DNA of 64,000 nucleotides from the NCBI GenBank assembly GCA_944387485.1, contig CALXFC010000001.1, positions 4,179-68,178 of the forward strand, given 5' to 3'. Below, one piece after another: positions 21,175 to 31,931 of this stretch. Position 1 is the first letter of the stretch; each line of letters starts with the position of its first letter. The notes beneath the pieces are model-generated. The model worked only from the letters and a program-made list of their open reading frames with translations, made no database searches and was not told the DNA's origin. The position numbers and the translations under genes are program-made. This stretch comes from an uncultured Clostridia bacterium (lineage in GTDB: Bacteria; Bacillota; Clostridia; TANB77; CAG-508).

Positions 21175-22045
21175 TTATTGTGGTTCAACATGCACAATAG
21201 TTTTATATATATTGTCAAGTTTTGTAACAGATTTTTCTAATTCATCTGCTAAAGAATGACTTTTAAAAGTAGTCATATTTCCATCTAATCCAATTGTAAT
21301 AAAAACTAAATATTTATCTCCAACAGGAGTTGATACAATGCCTTTTACATCTTGAATTTCCTTATAACTATGAGCTATTTCTAATATTAGATCTTTTGTT
21401 TTATTATCTATACTAATATCCATTAATACATTGTAACTTTCAATAAAAATTGTAATTCCAGTATAGCATATCCATAAAGAAATACCTATACCCACAACAC
21501 TGTCAAACCAATATATGTCAAAAAGAGTTAAAACAATTGAAATTAGTGTAAAGATAGTAATAACACAATCGTTTCTATGGTCTTTCATGTTAGCTTCAAG
21601 CAAAATACTTGGATGCTTTTTATTTGCAGAATATGTATATAGATATAAGCATAATTTTGTTATTATTGTAATTATACATACTAATATTAAGAACCATGAA
21701 AAAGAAAGTTGTTCTCCTGATATTAGTGTTGATACTGAATCAAAAAGTAATTTTGCTGAAACTAATATCATTGCAATACTAATAAACATAGAAAAAATAT
21801 ATTCAGCTTTTCCATGACCTAAGTTGTGGTCTTCGTCACTTGGCACACTTGCAATACGATTCCCTATGAAAGTCATAAGAGATGCAAATATATCACCAGC
21901 ACTGTTAAAACTATCTGCTATCATTGCTTGACTTCTAGATAGAAATCCTATACTTGCTTTTATAATTAATAAAAATATATTTCCGAGCTATACCTAAAAT
22001 TCCAGCTTTTTTTGTTATAATAAATTTTTCTTCATGATTATCCAT
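21175..22045 (-). CDS. cation diffusion facilitator (CDF) family transporter, frame broken at in-frame CGG (minus-strand codon at 21985..21983)
   Basis: Minus-strand ATG at 22045 after a TAGGAG RBS: MDNHEEKFIITKKAGILGIA-R(CGG)-KYIF... hits a stop. Skipping that C gives ...GILGIAGNIFLLIIKASIGFLSRSQAMIADSFNSAGDIF... continuous with ORF 21175..21924 (HNLGHGKAEY...). Confidence 0.7.
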
Positions 22046-22232
22046 TTTACAAATGCTCCTAATAGTTATTGTTTTTAATAGTTTATTTTCAAAAAATGAA
22101 TATATGAAAATAAACAATTATAATTATATCACATAAAATTGATAAAAACCACATTAAAATTATATTTGCAAAAAAATATAATAAGTGCTATAATAAAAAA
22201 GTACAAAAGGAAAAAAATAGAGAGGTGAAAAA

Positions 22233-22583
22233 ATGACAGCAATATTGGCAGTAATATATATATTAGTATTTATTATATTTGCATTAGTAGCTTATGCTGT
22301 ATTACAGATAAAATTATTCGGAATGAAAGTAAAAGATTTTTGGTCATTTATTGAAGCAAATCAGATGCTTGACAAATTATATAAATTTGCAAAACAATAT
22401 GAAAATATGTCTCCACAAGAACAGATTGTTTATTTATCAGAAGCAGATAAAATATTTAAAGCTTTTGATAATGTTCCAAACGAACTGTGGGAAGAAGAAT
22501 ATGATAAATATAAAGAAGTTTTAAGTAAATATAAAGATATAAAAATGCTAAGATGGTCAGATACATCAAAGCAAAAAAGTTAA
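22233..22583 (+). CDS. hypothetical small membrane protein
   Basis: N-terminal TM helix; GAGAGGTGA RBS. Confidence 0.45.
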   Translation: MTAILAVIYILVFIIFALVAYAVLQIKLFGMKVKDFWSFIEANQMLDKLYKFAKQYENMSPQEQIVYLSEADKIFKAFDNVPNELWEEEYDKYKEVLSKYKDIKMLRWSDTSKQKS

Positions 22584-22710
22584 TAAAATCCCTTAGTGAC
22601 TAATTAGACCACTAGGGGATATACTTTGTCTATCTATATCTCAAATATAAAAGATTTATATAAAAAAGTTAAATAAAAAGAGAGGTAACTCTCTTTAATA
22701 TTATATATAT

Positions 22711-23247
22711 TTAAAATCTTATAATGATTAAACTTAAAAATACATAAGCATAACGGAAGGCTTTTTTCATAAATAATCTTGATTTTAAAACTTCAAAACT
22801 TTCACTTGTTGCACAATATTTATCTACAAAAGTTAAAATGAATCCTTCTAATGATTTAGGAAATTCAATTGTAACTGGCCACATATGCTTTATTATCATA
22901 TCCTTTTCTTTTTCATTTAAAACAAATAGTTTACATGCATTTTTACAAGCAGTTTTTCCGTGAGTAAAAGCATGGAGCCCTTTTCTATTAGGTTGTCTTT
23001 TTCTCCAATCATATAAAAATAGGTCATGAAGCATAGCTGCTCTAGTGGCAGATTTATAATCTAAATTATATTTTTTACAAATTAAATAGCAATGATATGC
23101 AACTGTATAGCAATGGTCAAAACATGTGGTTTCATAATGTTGTCTAAAATTTTTCATCTGTAAAACTGTTTCATTTGTGATTAATGGATTAATAATTTCT
23201 TGAAATTCCTTATCATTTTCCATTAAATCTTTTAAATATTCTTTCAT
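22711..23247 (-). CDS. HD-domain phosphohydrolase family protein
   Basis: H...HD motif region CFDHCYTVAYH...MLHDL. Confidence 0.55.
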   Translation of the reverse strand: MKEYLKDLMENDKEFQEIINPLITNETVLQMKNFRQHYETTCFDHCYTVAYHCYLICKKYNLDYKSATRAAMLHDLFLYDWRKRQPNRKGLHAFTHGKTACKNACKLFVLNEKEKDMIIKHMWPVTIEFPKSLEGFILTFVDKYCATSESFEVLKSRLFMKKAFRYAYVFLSLIIIRF

Positions 23248-23542
23248 AAATTTCCCCTTTTTGTATTTTGAAATTAATATCTCTAATAATAATTATAACA
23301 TATTAAATATAAAAAGTGCAATAAATCAGTAAAAATTAATGAAATATTAGGTGATAATAAAAAGAGAACAAAGAGTTTTTAAAGATGGAGGAAACAATTA
23401 AGAGAAGAAAAAAACAAGAGGTTTGATAAGAAAATAATAAAATTTATGGGAAAATATTGCAATAATTTGTAATTGATAGTATAATAATAAATGTAGCATA
23501 ATAATATTAACTAGAATATTATTAAAAAGAGAGGTAAAAAAA

Positions 23543-24790
23543 ATGGATTATTTATATATACTAAGAGAAGCTTTAGTATGGATAATAACAATATTTTGGC
23601 TATATAACATTTTAGTAAGTTTATGTTCTTTAGTAAAAATAAAAGACAAACCATTAAAAGAAAAAAAAGATCATAGGTTTATGGCAATAATACCGGCTCA
23701 TAATGAAGAAGCCGTAGTAAAAAATTTAATAGATAGTTTAAAAGAACAAAACTATAACAAAGATTTATATGATATTTATGTAATAGCAGATAACTGTACA
23801 GACAATACAGCAAAAATTGCAAGAGATGCAGGAGCAATTGTTTATGAAAGATTTAATCCTAGTAAAAAAACAAAAGGTTATGCACTAGATTGGTTTTTAC
23901 AACAAAAAATAAAAGAAGATGCTCCTTATGATGCATTCTTTGTATTTGATGCGGATAATATTGTAGATCCTAATTTTATAAAAAATATGAATAAACATCT
24001 TTGTCAAGGAGAAGACGTAGTACAAGGATACAGAGATATTAAAAACCCAACAGATAGTTGGATTACAGCAGGATATGCATTATTCTATTGGACAATGCAC
24101 AGATTTTATCATTTAGCAAGATATAATATAGGGTTATCACCATTATTAAATGGTACAGGATTTATGGTAAAATTTGATGTAATAAAGCCACAAGGTTGGG
24201 ATACAGTAACATTAACAGAGGATATAGAATTCTCATTAAAAAGAATAATAAAAGGTAAAAAATTAGGTTGGGCAACAGATGCAATAGTATATGATGAACA
24301 ACCAGTTGGTTTTAAACAAAGTTGGTCTCAAAGAAGTAGGTGGACAGTAGGACATATGCAATGTATAAAAGAATACACTAAGGATTTAGCTGTAGCAGCA
24401 AAAGAAAATAAAACAATGATGAACTTTGACGGATTGCTATATATTGTTGGAAGTATACCAATGTTTATAATAACAATAGGTTTATTATTGACAAACTTCT
24501 TGATGTATGCTGGTGATGGAATGACACAAGCAGAACTTATAGAAAATATTATAAGATATTTAGTACCAACATTTTTATTACCAATAGGTACGGCAGCAAT
24601 AGCTATGTTCTTAGATAGAAGACCAATAAAACCTATGATTAAAGGACTTCTTTGCTATCCATTATTTATGGGTTCATGGCTTTTAATAAACTTTAAATGT
24701 TTATTCAAGAGAGAAACAACATGGGAAAAGATAAATCATGTAAGAAATATAAAGATAGCAGATGCAGGATTGCAAGAAGAAAGAAACTAA
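23543..24790 (+). CDS. family 2 glycosyltransferase (membrane, processive-type)
   Basis: IIPAHNEE...DxD-like YVIADNCTD...FDADN; QxxRW-like QRSRWTVGH; multiple TM helices. Confidence 0.7.
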   Translation: MDYLYILREALVWIITIFWLYNILVSLCSLVKIKDKPLKEKKDHRFMAIIPAHNEEAVVKNLIDSLKEQNYNKDLYDIYVIADNCTDNTAKIARDAGAIVYERFNPSKKTKGYALDWFLQQKIKEDAPYDAFFVFDADNIVDPNFIKNMNKHLCQGEDVVQGYRDIKNPTDSWITAGYALFYWTMHRFYHLARYNIGLSPLLNGTGFMVKFDVIKPQGWDTVTLTEDIEFSLKRIIKGKKLGWATDAIVYDEQPVGFKQSWSQRSRWTVGHMQCIKEYTKDLAVAAKENKTMMNFDGLLYIVGSIPMFIITIGLLLTNFLMYAGDGMTQAELIENIIRYLVPTFLLPIGTAAIAMFLDRRPIKPMIKGLLCYPLFMGSWLLINFKCLFKRETTWEKINHVRNIKIADAGLQEERN

Positions 24791-24809
24791 TAATTATAAA
24801 ACAAGGTTG

Positions 24810-24835
24810 GCTAAATGCCAACCTTTAAATTATGG
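24810..24835 (+). terminator. hairpin after the glycosyltransferase
   Basis: AAGGTTGGCtaaatGCCAACCTTtaaatt. Confidence 0.5.
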
Positions 24836-25046
24836 AAAGTTTAAAATATTCAAGGAAATATATAAAAGAAATCTTTAGTACAAACCTAGAAATAGCAGTA
24901 CATCTACTGGAAACAATGACAATTGAAATTAAAGCTACCACAATCCCACTTGCTTTAGACGGTGGGTAGCTCACGAAAAGAGCTGCTTAAATAAAATTAT
25001 GTAAAAACTCAAAAACAACAATTTAGGTTTGTTATATTTTTATTTT

Positions 25047-25077
25047 CCTGTTTTTGGGGACGGAGGAAAAAAACAGG
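25047..25077. repeat. copy 3 of the CTGTTTTT-GGGGACGGAG-AAAAACAG element
   Basis: CCTGTTTTTGGGGACGGAGGAAAAAAACAGG. Confidence 0.7.
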
Positions 25078-25210
25078 AGCTTATAAAAAAAATCATAAAA
25101 AGCTTGCATTTTTGCCATAAATTGGGTATAATAATATAGGTAACCAGGAAAAAGACAGAAGAGTGGGAGCAAATCCCACTCTTGATTAGTATAAAAGGGA
25201 GAGTGATACT

Positions 25211-25669
25211 TTGGCAAAAGTAGAAGAAAAAGTAGAAAGCTTAATTAAGAAAAAAGTAGAAGATTTAGGATATGAACTTTATGATGTAGAATATAATAAA
25301 GAAGGAAAAGATTATTATTTAAATATTTTTATAGATAATTCTAAAGGAATAGATTTGAATGATTGTGAAAAAGTAAATAATGAGATAAATCCTTTAATTG
25401 ATTCTGCAGATTTTATAAAAGAAAGTTATTTTTTAGTAGTATCTTCACCGGGAGTGGAAAGAATACTTAGAAAAGATAAACATTTAGAAGATAATATAGG
25501 AAGTGAAGTAAATGTAAAATTATTTAAGAAAGATGATTTAGGTAAAAAAGAACATAGAGGAATATTAAAAAGCTTTAATAAAGATAAAATAGTCTTAGAA
25601 TCAGAAGATAATAAAATAGAAATAGAAAGAAAAAATATAGCACAAATAAAAACTGTTTATAATTGGTAA
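25211..25669 (+). CDS. rimP: ribosome maturation factor RimP (TTG start)
   Basis: AKVEEKVESLIKKKVEDLGYELYDVEYNKEGKDYYLNIFID...; the rimP-nusA-infB operon follows. Confidence 0.8.
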   Translation: MAKVEEKVESLIKKKVEDLGYELYDVEYNKEGKDYYLNIFIDNSKGIDLNDCEKVNNEINPLIDSADFIKESYFLVVSSPGVERILRKDKHLEDNIGSEVNVKLFKKDDLGKKEHRGILKSFNKDKIVLESEDNKIEIERKNIAQIKTVYNW

Positions 25670-25684
25670 GGAGGAATTGGAAAA

Positions 25685-26818
25685 ATGAAGGAAAAAGAAG
25701 AACCAGCAATTAATAACAAAGAATTAATATTGGCTTTAGAAGAATTAGAAAAGGAGAAAGGAATTAGTAAAGATTATGTGTTGGATGCAATAGAAACAGC
25801 ATTAGTTACAGCGTATAAAAGAAATTTTGATTCTTTAGAAAATGTAAAGGTGGTAATGGATAGAAAAACAGGAGCAACACATATTTTTTCAGTAAAACAA
25901 GTAGTAGAAAAAGTTGAAAATCCAGAGCTTGAGATAAGTTTAGAAGATGCACAAAAAATTAATCCGGACTTAAGTTTAGAAGATACTATAGATATAGAAA
26001 TAGTACCAAGAAATTTTGGTAGAATAGCAGCACAAACTGCAAAGCAAGTAATAATACAAAAACTTAGAGAATTAGAAAGAGAAATTGTATATAATGAATT
26101 TAATGATAGAAAAGGTGAAATAGTATCAGGGATAATTCAAAAAGCAGATAAAAATATAGTTGTAATGGATTTAGGAAAATTAGAAGGTGTTATGCCAACA
26201 AAAGAGCAAATACCAACAGAACATTATAGAGTAAATGATAAAATAAAAGGTTATGTTTTAGATGTTAAAAAAGAACAAAAGGGAGCTCCACAGGTAATTG
26301 TATCAAGAAGTCATCCAGACTTTGTAAGAAAGTTATTAGAATTTGAAATACCAGAAATATATGAAGGTGTGATAGAAATAAAAGGTGTTTCTAGAGATCC
26401 TGGGTACAGAAGTAAAGTTGCGGTATATTCACCAGATCCAAATATAGATCCAGTTGGTTCTTGTGTAGGGCAAAAAGGTGTCAGAATACAAAATATTATA
26501 AATGAGCTAAATGGTGAAAAAATAGATGTGATAGAATGGAATGAAGATCCATCAATATATATTGCAGCAAGCTTACTTCCAGCGCAAGTATTAGCAGTAG
26601 ATGTAAAACCTGAAGAAAAATTTGCACAAGTAATTGTTCCAGATAATCAATTATCTTTAGCAATAGGAAAATCAGGACAAAATGCAAGACTAGCTGCAAA
26701 ATTAACAGAATGGAAAATAGATATAAAATCTGAAACACAATTTAGAAATATGCTTATGGAAAAACAGGAAAATGAAACAGAAGCAAAAGACGAAGTCGAA
26801 GAAGATAAGTCAGAATAA
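25685..26818 (+). CDS. nusA: transcription termination/antitermination factor NusA
   Basis: S1 and KH domains ...VGSCVGQKGVRIQNI...; 377 aa. Confidence 0.9.
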   Translation: MKEKEEPAINNKELILALEELEKEKGISKDYVLDAIETALVTAYKRNFDSLENVKVVMDRKTGATHIFSVKQVVEKVENPELEISLEDAQKINPDLSLEDTIDIEIVPRNFGRIAAQTAKQVIIQKLRELEREIVYNEFNDRKGEIVSGIIQKADKNIVVMDLGKLEGVMPTKEQIPTEHYRVNDKIKGYVLDVKKEQKGAPQVIVSRSHPDFVRKLLEFEIPEIYEGVIEIKGVSRDPGYRSKVAVYSPDPNIDPVGSCVGQKGVRIQNIINELNGEKIDVIEWNEDPSIYIAASLLPAQVLAVDVKPEEKFAQVIVPDNQLSLAIGKSGQNARLAAKLTEWKIDIKSETQFRNMLMEKQENETEAKDEVEEDKSE

Positions 26819-26855
26819 AATAAAAAACGTAACATAAAATAAGGAAGGAGATAAT

Positions 26856-27116
26856 ATGCGAACACCACCAGAAAGAACTTGTATGGGTTGTAACGTAAAA
26901 AAAGGTAAAAAGGAACTTATAAGAATTGTAAAAGATAAATCAGGAGAAATAAGCATAGACAGAACAGGTAAAATGCCAGGTAGAGGAGCTTATATTTGCG
27001 ATAATATAGAATGTCTAAATAAGTTAATAAAATCTAAAAGATTAGAAAAGGTATTTGAAATGAAAATATCTGATGAAATTTATGAGAAATTAAGAGGTGT
27101 AATACTTGATAAATAA
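26856..27116 (+). CDS. ylxR: YlxR/RnpM (DUF448) RNA-binding protein
   Basis: RTCMGCNVKKGKKELIRIV... conserved DUF448 start; operon position. Confidence 0.75.
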   Translation: MRTPPERTCMGCNVKKGKKELIRIVKDKSGEISIDRTGKMPGRGAYICDNIECLNKLIKSKRLEKVFEMKISDEIYEKLRGVILDK

Positions 27117-27426
27117 GAAAATATTAGGGTTAATTGGATTAGCGGCAAGAGCTAGAAAGGTTTGCTTTGGGGCAGATAGTGTAGAAGAAAGAATTGATAA
27201 AAAAAGAGTAAGATTGCTTATCATAGCGGAAAATGCATCAGAAAGGACAAAAGATAAATTTATTAAAATAGCAAAAAAGAATAATATACCAGTAATAGTT
27301 AAAGGAGAAATAGATATTTTGAGTAAAGCAATAGGTAAATCAAATAAGGCAATAATAGGAATAGAAGATATAAATTTGTCTAATGAAATACAAAGAATAG
27401 ATAATGGGGGTGAAATTATTGGGTAA
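27106..27426 (+). CDS. ylxQ: L7Ae-family RNA-binding protein YlxQ
   Basis: [17 protein letters not shown]; operon position. Confidence 0.7.
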   Translation: MINKKILGLIGLAARARKVCFGADSVEERIDKKRVRLLIIAENASERTKDKFIKIAKKNNIPVIVKGEIDILSKAIGKSNKAIIGIEDINLSNEIQRIDNGGEIIG

Positions 27427-30289
27427 GATAAAAATATACGAAATAGCTAAAAAATTTAACTTAACCAGTAAAGAGGTATTAGATGTAGCTCAAAAATTAA
27501 AAATTGATGTAAAAAGTCATTTAAGCGGAGTAGAGGATGATGAAGCTGTAAAAATAGAAGAGGCTTTAAATAGAAAAAACAAATCAAATAAAAAAGAAAA
27601 GCAAGCAAGTAATAAAGGAAAAGCTGAAAATAAAAAAGAAGAGAAAGCACCTGTTATTATTAGAAGAGAAGTGATTATATCAGAGGAAGATGAGCAAGCA
27701 AAGAAAAAAGAGAAGGAAAAGCAACAGACAAAGAAAAATAATGTTGGTTTTGTTGAGAGAAAACAAAACAAAGATTATAATATTGTCTATAGAAATAAGC
27801 AAAGTAAACCTATGACGGTAAGTGAATTATTTGGACTTAATAAAGAAGAGAGTAAAAAAGAGAAGGTTAAAGAAGAAGAAAAAGTAAATACAGAAATAAA
27901 CAATAAGGAAAAAGAAGTTAAAAGAGAAGAAATAAAATCAGAAGTAAAAACAGAAGCAAAGCCAAAAGCAGAAGAAAAAAAGAAAAACGAAGAAGTTGTT
28001 AATAATAATATTGTAACTAGAAACAATAAAGACAATAAGGATAATAGACAAAATAGAAACAATAACCGTAATAACCAAAATGGAAATTATCATAAAAATA
28101 ACAGAAATGATAATCGCTTTAATAATGGTAATAATAGATATAACAACAATAATAGAAACAATAACAATGGAAATGGTGGACGTTTTGGAAGAAGACCACT
28201 TGATGCAAAAGGTATAGAAAAAAATATTAAAAACATAATGGAAACTGGCGAAAAAGAACAAGTAAGAGAATATAATAGAGGAATTGACAAACAAAAGAAT
28301 AATAGTAGATTTGAAGAAAATAATAAAAAGAAAAATAAATCAAGAAGGAATAAAAATAATTCTGATTTTGATGAAGGAAAGCTAAAATCATTAAAACAAA
28401 CAAGTAGATTATCTAATATGTTTGATGACCAAGATGGAGGAATGCTAGATTTCTATGACTTGACAACAGAACGTGGAAGAAGAGGAAAGAAAAGAAAAAG
28501 TCAAAATAATGAAGAAAGAAATAAACAAAAAATATTTAAACTTACAGAGATAGAAATTCCGGAGAATATTACTGTAAAAGATTTTGCTGCAGAAATGAAA
28601 AAAACAACTGCAGATGTAATTAAAAAATTATTGGGTTATGGAATAATGGCAACAATAAATCAAGAAATAGATTTTGATACAGCTTATTTAATAGCTCAAG
28701 AGTTTGGAATTACAGCTAAAAAGAAAGAAGTTGTAACAGATGAAGATATCTTATTTGATGAATCAGAAGATAAAGAAGAAGATTTAGTTACAAGACCACC
28801 AGTTATCGTTGTTATGGGACATGTAGATCATGGAAAAACTTCACTTTTAGACACAATTAGAAAAACAAATGTAATTGAAGGAGAAGCGGGAGGAATTACT
28901 CAAGCAATTGGTGCTTATAAAGTTAAAGTTAATGGTAGAGAAATAACTTTCTTAGATACACCAGGACATGAAGCTTTTACAGCAATGAGAGCAAGAGGTG
29001 CCCAAATTACAGATATAGCAATACTTGTTGTTGCTGCAAATGATGGTGTAATGCCTCAAACAATTGAAGCTATAAACCATGCAAAATCAGCAGGAATTCC
29101 AATAATAGTAGCAATTAATAAAATAGATTTACCAGACGCAAATCCAGAAAAAGTAAAACAAGAGTTAATGGCATATGATTTAGTACCAGAAGAATGGGGT
29201 GGAGATACTATATTTGTTCCAATCTCTGCTAAAAATGGTACAAATATTGACCAATTACTAGAAATGGTATTATTAGAAGCAGATATGCTAGAATTAAAAG
29301 CAAATCCACATAAACAAGCAAAAGGTGCTGTGATTGAAGCTAAACTAGATAAAACAAGAGGTGCAATCGCGACTGTATTAGTACAAAGAGGAACTTTAGA
29401 TGTAGGAGATACTATAGTTGTTGGTTCTTCTATTGGTAGAATAAGAGCAATGAAAGATGATAAAGGAAAATCTGTAAAATCAGCAGGACCATCTACACCA
29501 GTAGAGATTATGGGATTAACAGAAGTTCCAGAAGCAGGAGATACATTCTATGAAGTTAAAAATGAAAAAGTTGCTAAACACCTAATAGAAAGAAGAAAAC
29601 GTCAAGCAAGAGAAAAAGCAATTAACCAAGTATCAAAAGTAACATTAGATAATTTATTTAGTCAAATGGAAGAAGGAAAATTAAAAGTATTAAACTTAAT
29701 TGTAAAAGCAGATGTACAAGGTTCTGTTGAAGCTGTTAAACAATCATTAGAAAAACTTGAAAATGAAGAAGTTAAAGTAAAAGTAATTCATGCAGCAGTA
29801 GGTGGAGTAAATCAATCAGATGTTACACTTGCTAAAGTTTCAAACGCTATTATAATTGCGTTTAATGTAAGACCTGATAATGTTGCTAAAGAAGAAGCTA
29901 AAAAAGATGAAGTAGAAATCAAACAATATTCTGTAATTTATCAAGCAATAGAAGATGTAGAAAATGCTATGAAGGGAATGCTAGAACCTAAATATGAAGA
30001 AAAGGTTATAGGAAATGCAGAAGTTAGACAAACATTTAGAATATCAAATGTTGGAACAATTGCAGGTGCTTATGTATTATCAGGAAAAGTAGAAAGAAAT
30101 GCAGGAGTAAGAGTAATCCGCGATAACGTAGTTATTCATGATGGAAAATTAGCAACACTTAAGAGATTTAAAGATGACGTAAAAGAAGTAGGAAAAGGTT
30201 TTGAATGTGGAATGCAAATTGAAAACTATAATGACATTAAAGAAGGAGACCAAATAGAAGTTTACATTATGGAAGAAATAAAAAGATAA
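27419..30289 (+). CDS. infB: translation initiation factor IF-2 (TTG start; six-frame ORF begins at 27404)
   Basis: (M)[20 protein letters not shown]...; N/R/K-rich low-complexity N-terminal region; G-domain [21 protein letters not shown]. Confidence 0.9.
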   Translation: MGKIKIYEIAKKFNLTSKEVLDVAQKLKIDVKSHLSGVEDDEAVKIEEALNRKNKSNKKEKQASNKGKAENKKEEKAPVIIRREVIISEEDEQAKKKEKEKQQTKKNNVGFVERKQNKDYNIVYRNKQSKPMTVSELFGLNKEESKKEKVKEEEKVNTEINNKEKEVKREEIKSEVKTEAKPKAEEKKKNEEVVNNNIVTRNNKDNKDNRQNRNNNRNNQNGNYHKNNRNDNRFNNGNNRYNNNNRNNNNGNGGRFGRRPLDAKGIEKNIKNIMETGEKEQVREYNRGIDKQKNNSRFEENNKKKNKSRRNKNNSDFDEGKLKSLKQTSRLSNMFDDQDGGMLDFYDLTTERGRRGKKRKSQNNEERNKQKIFKLTEIEIPENITVKDFAAEMKKTTADVIKKLLGYGIMATINQEIDFDTAYLIAQEFGITAKKKEVVTDEDILFDESEDKEEDLVTRPPVIVVMGHVDHGKTSLLDTIRKTNVIEGEAGGITQAIGAYKVKVNGREITFLDTPGHEAFTAMRARGAQITDIAILVVAANDGVMPQTIEAINHAKSAGIPIIVAINKIDLPDANPEKVKQELMAYDLVPEEWGGDTIFVPISAKNGTNIDQLLEMVLLEADMLELKANPHKQAKGAVIEAKLDKTRGAIATVLVQRGTLDVGDTIVVGSSIGRIRAMKDDKGKSVKSAGPSTPVEIMGLTEVPEAGDTFYEVKNEKVAKHLIERRKRQAREKAINQVSKVTLDNLFSQMEEGKLKVLNLIVKADVQGSVEAVKQSLEKLENEEVKVKVIHAAVGGVNQSDVTLAKVSNAIIIAFNVRPDNVAKEEAKKDEVEIKQYSVIYQAIEDVENAMKGMLEPKYEEKVIGNAEVRQTFRISNVGTIAGAYVLSGKVERNAGVRVIRDNVVIHDGKLATLKRFKDDVKEVGKGFECGMQIENYNDIKEGDQIEVYIMEEIKR

Positions 30290-30321
30290 AAAATACTCTT
30301 TCTATAAAGGAGGAATTAAAA

Positions 30322-30702
30322 ATGCCAGAAAGTAAAAGCAGATTAGAAAGAATAAATGAACAATACAAAAAAGAGATAAGTGAGATTATTAATTATAAAT
30401 TAAAAAATCCAAATGCAACAGGAATGATAAGTGTAACTAAAGTAAAAGTTACAAATGATTTAAAGTTTGCTAAAGTAGCTGTAAGTATCTTAAATTCAAA
30501 AGATATAAAACAAACATTAGCAGCTCTAAAAAAATCATCAGGATTTATACGTAGTGAACTAGCAAGAAGGGTAAATCTTAGAAATACTCCAGAAATTATA
30601 TTTGAGTTAGATGATTCTATGGAATATGGAGAAAGAATTGATAAGATACTAAAAGAAATAATGCCAAAAAAAGATGAAAATGATGAAGAGGAGAATAAAT
30701 AA
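30322..30702 (+). CDS. rbfA: ribosome-binding factor A
   Basis: RLERINEQYKKEISEII... KH-like fold; operon position. Confidence 0.85.
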   Translation: MPESKSRLERINEQYKKEISEIINYKLKNPNATGMISVTKVKVTNDLKFAKVAVSILNSKDIKQTLAALKKSSGFIRSELARRVNLRNTPEIIFELDDSMEYGERIDKILKEIMPKKDENDEEENK

Positions 30703-31652
30703 TGACATTAGATGAAATTTTAGAAGAAATAAAAAAAGCAAATACAATAGTTATATTAACTCATGAAACACCAGATGGAGATGCAATTGGAAGTAGTTTG
30801 GGAATGCTTCTTGCTCTAGAAAAGTTAGGTAAAAAAGCAGATTTAATTATGACATCATATGCAAGAACTTTTGATTTTTTACCAAATGTAAATGAAATAA
30901 AATCAGAAAGTAGTATAGAAGAATATGATTTAGCAATAAGCTTAGATTGTGCAACATTTAAAAGGTTGGATAATAGAGAATATTTCGAAAATGCTAAAAA
31001 AACAATTGTAATAGACCATCATGGAAGTAATAACATGTATGGTGATATAAACTATGTTAATCCAGTGGCACCAGCGTGTTCTGAAATTTTACTTGCAATA
31101 CTTTCTTATTATGAAATAGATATAGATGTTAATATTGGAACTTGCTTAATGACAGGAATTATAACAGATACAGGAGGATTCCAATATCCTGCAACAACAG
31201 CAGATACATTTGAATATGCAGCAGAGCTATTAAGAAAAGGTGTTAATATAGCAGATATCTGTAGAAGAACACTTCAAACAAAAACAAAGGCTAATTTTGA
31301 ACTACAAAAAAGAGTAATGGATAGAATGGAATTGCTTGAAGATGGAAAAGTTGCTTTTTCATATATTAATCAAAAAGATATGAATGAAGTAAATGCAGAA
31401 GAAGGAGACCATGAAGGATTAGTAAATATAGGAAGAAGTATTGAAGGTGTTGAGGTTTCTATATTTATTAGACAAAAAGATAATGAAAATTCTTATAAGG
31501 TTTCTATGCGTTCTGGAAGCTATGTTAATGTTTCAGATGTATGCTTAATGTTTGGCGGTGGAGGACACCCGAGAGCTGCAGGTGCTTTAGTTCAGGGAGA
31601 TGTAGAACAAGTTAAAGAAAAACTTTTAAAAGAAGTAAGAAAATATTTGTAA
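30702..31652 (+). CDS. nrnA: DHH/DHHA1 bifunctional oligoribonuclease / pAp phosphatase NrnA
   Basis: DHH motifs HETPDGDAIGS, DHH (IDHHGSN); DHHA1 GGGGHPRAAG. Confidence 0.8.
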   Translation: MTLDEILEEIKKANTIVILTHETPDGDAIGSSLGMLLALEKLGKKADLIMTSYARTFDFLPNVNEIKSESSIEEYDLAISLDCATFKRLDNREYFENAKKTIVIDHHGSNNMYGDINYVNPVAPACSEILLAILSYYEIDIDVNIGTCLMTGIITDTGGFQYPATTADTFEYAAELLRKGVNIADICRRTLQTKTKANFELQKRVMDRMELLEDGKVAFSYINQKDMNEVNAEEGDHEGLVNIGRSIEGVEVSIFIRQKDNENSYKVSMRSGSYVNVSDVCLMFGGGGHPRAAGALVQGDVEQVKEKLLKEVRKYL

Positions 31653-31662
31653 TGTCGCGTTT

Positions 31663-31708
31663 GGGACGTTTCGTTTGCACACATAAATGTCGCAAATAGA
31701 AACGTCCC
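31663..31708 (+). terminator. imperfect palindromic hairpin after nrnA, part of a conserved ~45-nt motif shared with the era leader
   Basis: GGGACGTTTCGTTTGCacacataaatgtcGCAAATAGAAACGTCCC. Confidence 0.5.
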
Positions 31709-31931
31709 TATTAACACATTTATGTCAAAAATATAAAATTGTCTAAGTTAGGTTATAAATGTTAATTTAACTTTGTTTTTTGCTAATTGAGTTTATAAAA
31801 ATTTATTAAATATTGACAATTAAAATAGAAATTTGAACAAAAATCTTATTAAAAGTATTGTTATTTTTGATTCTTAATGATATTATGATAATGAAGTAAT
31901 AAGATTACTTAAGATAAAGGAGAAATAAAAA

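Noticed and set aside
27456-28294. Cluster of minus-strand ORFs (64-118 aa) opposite infB
   Set aside because: Low-complexity F/L/S-rich translations antisense to the K/N/E-rich IF-2 N-terminus. This is a compositional artefact.
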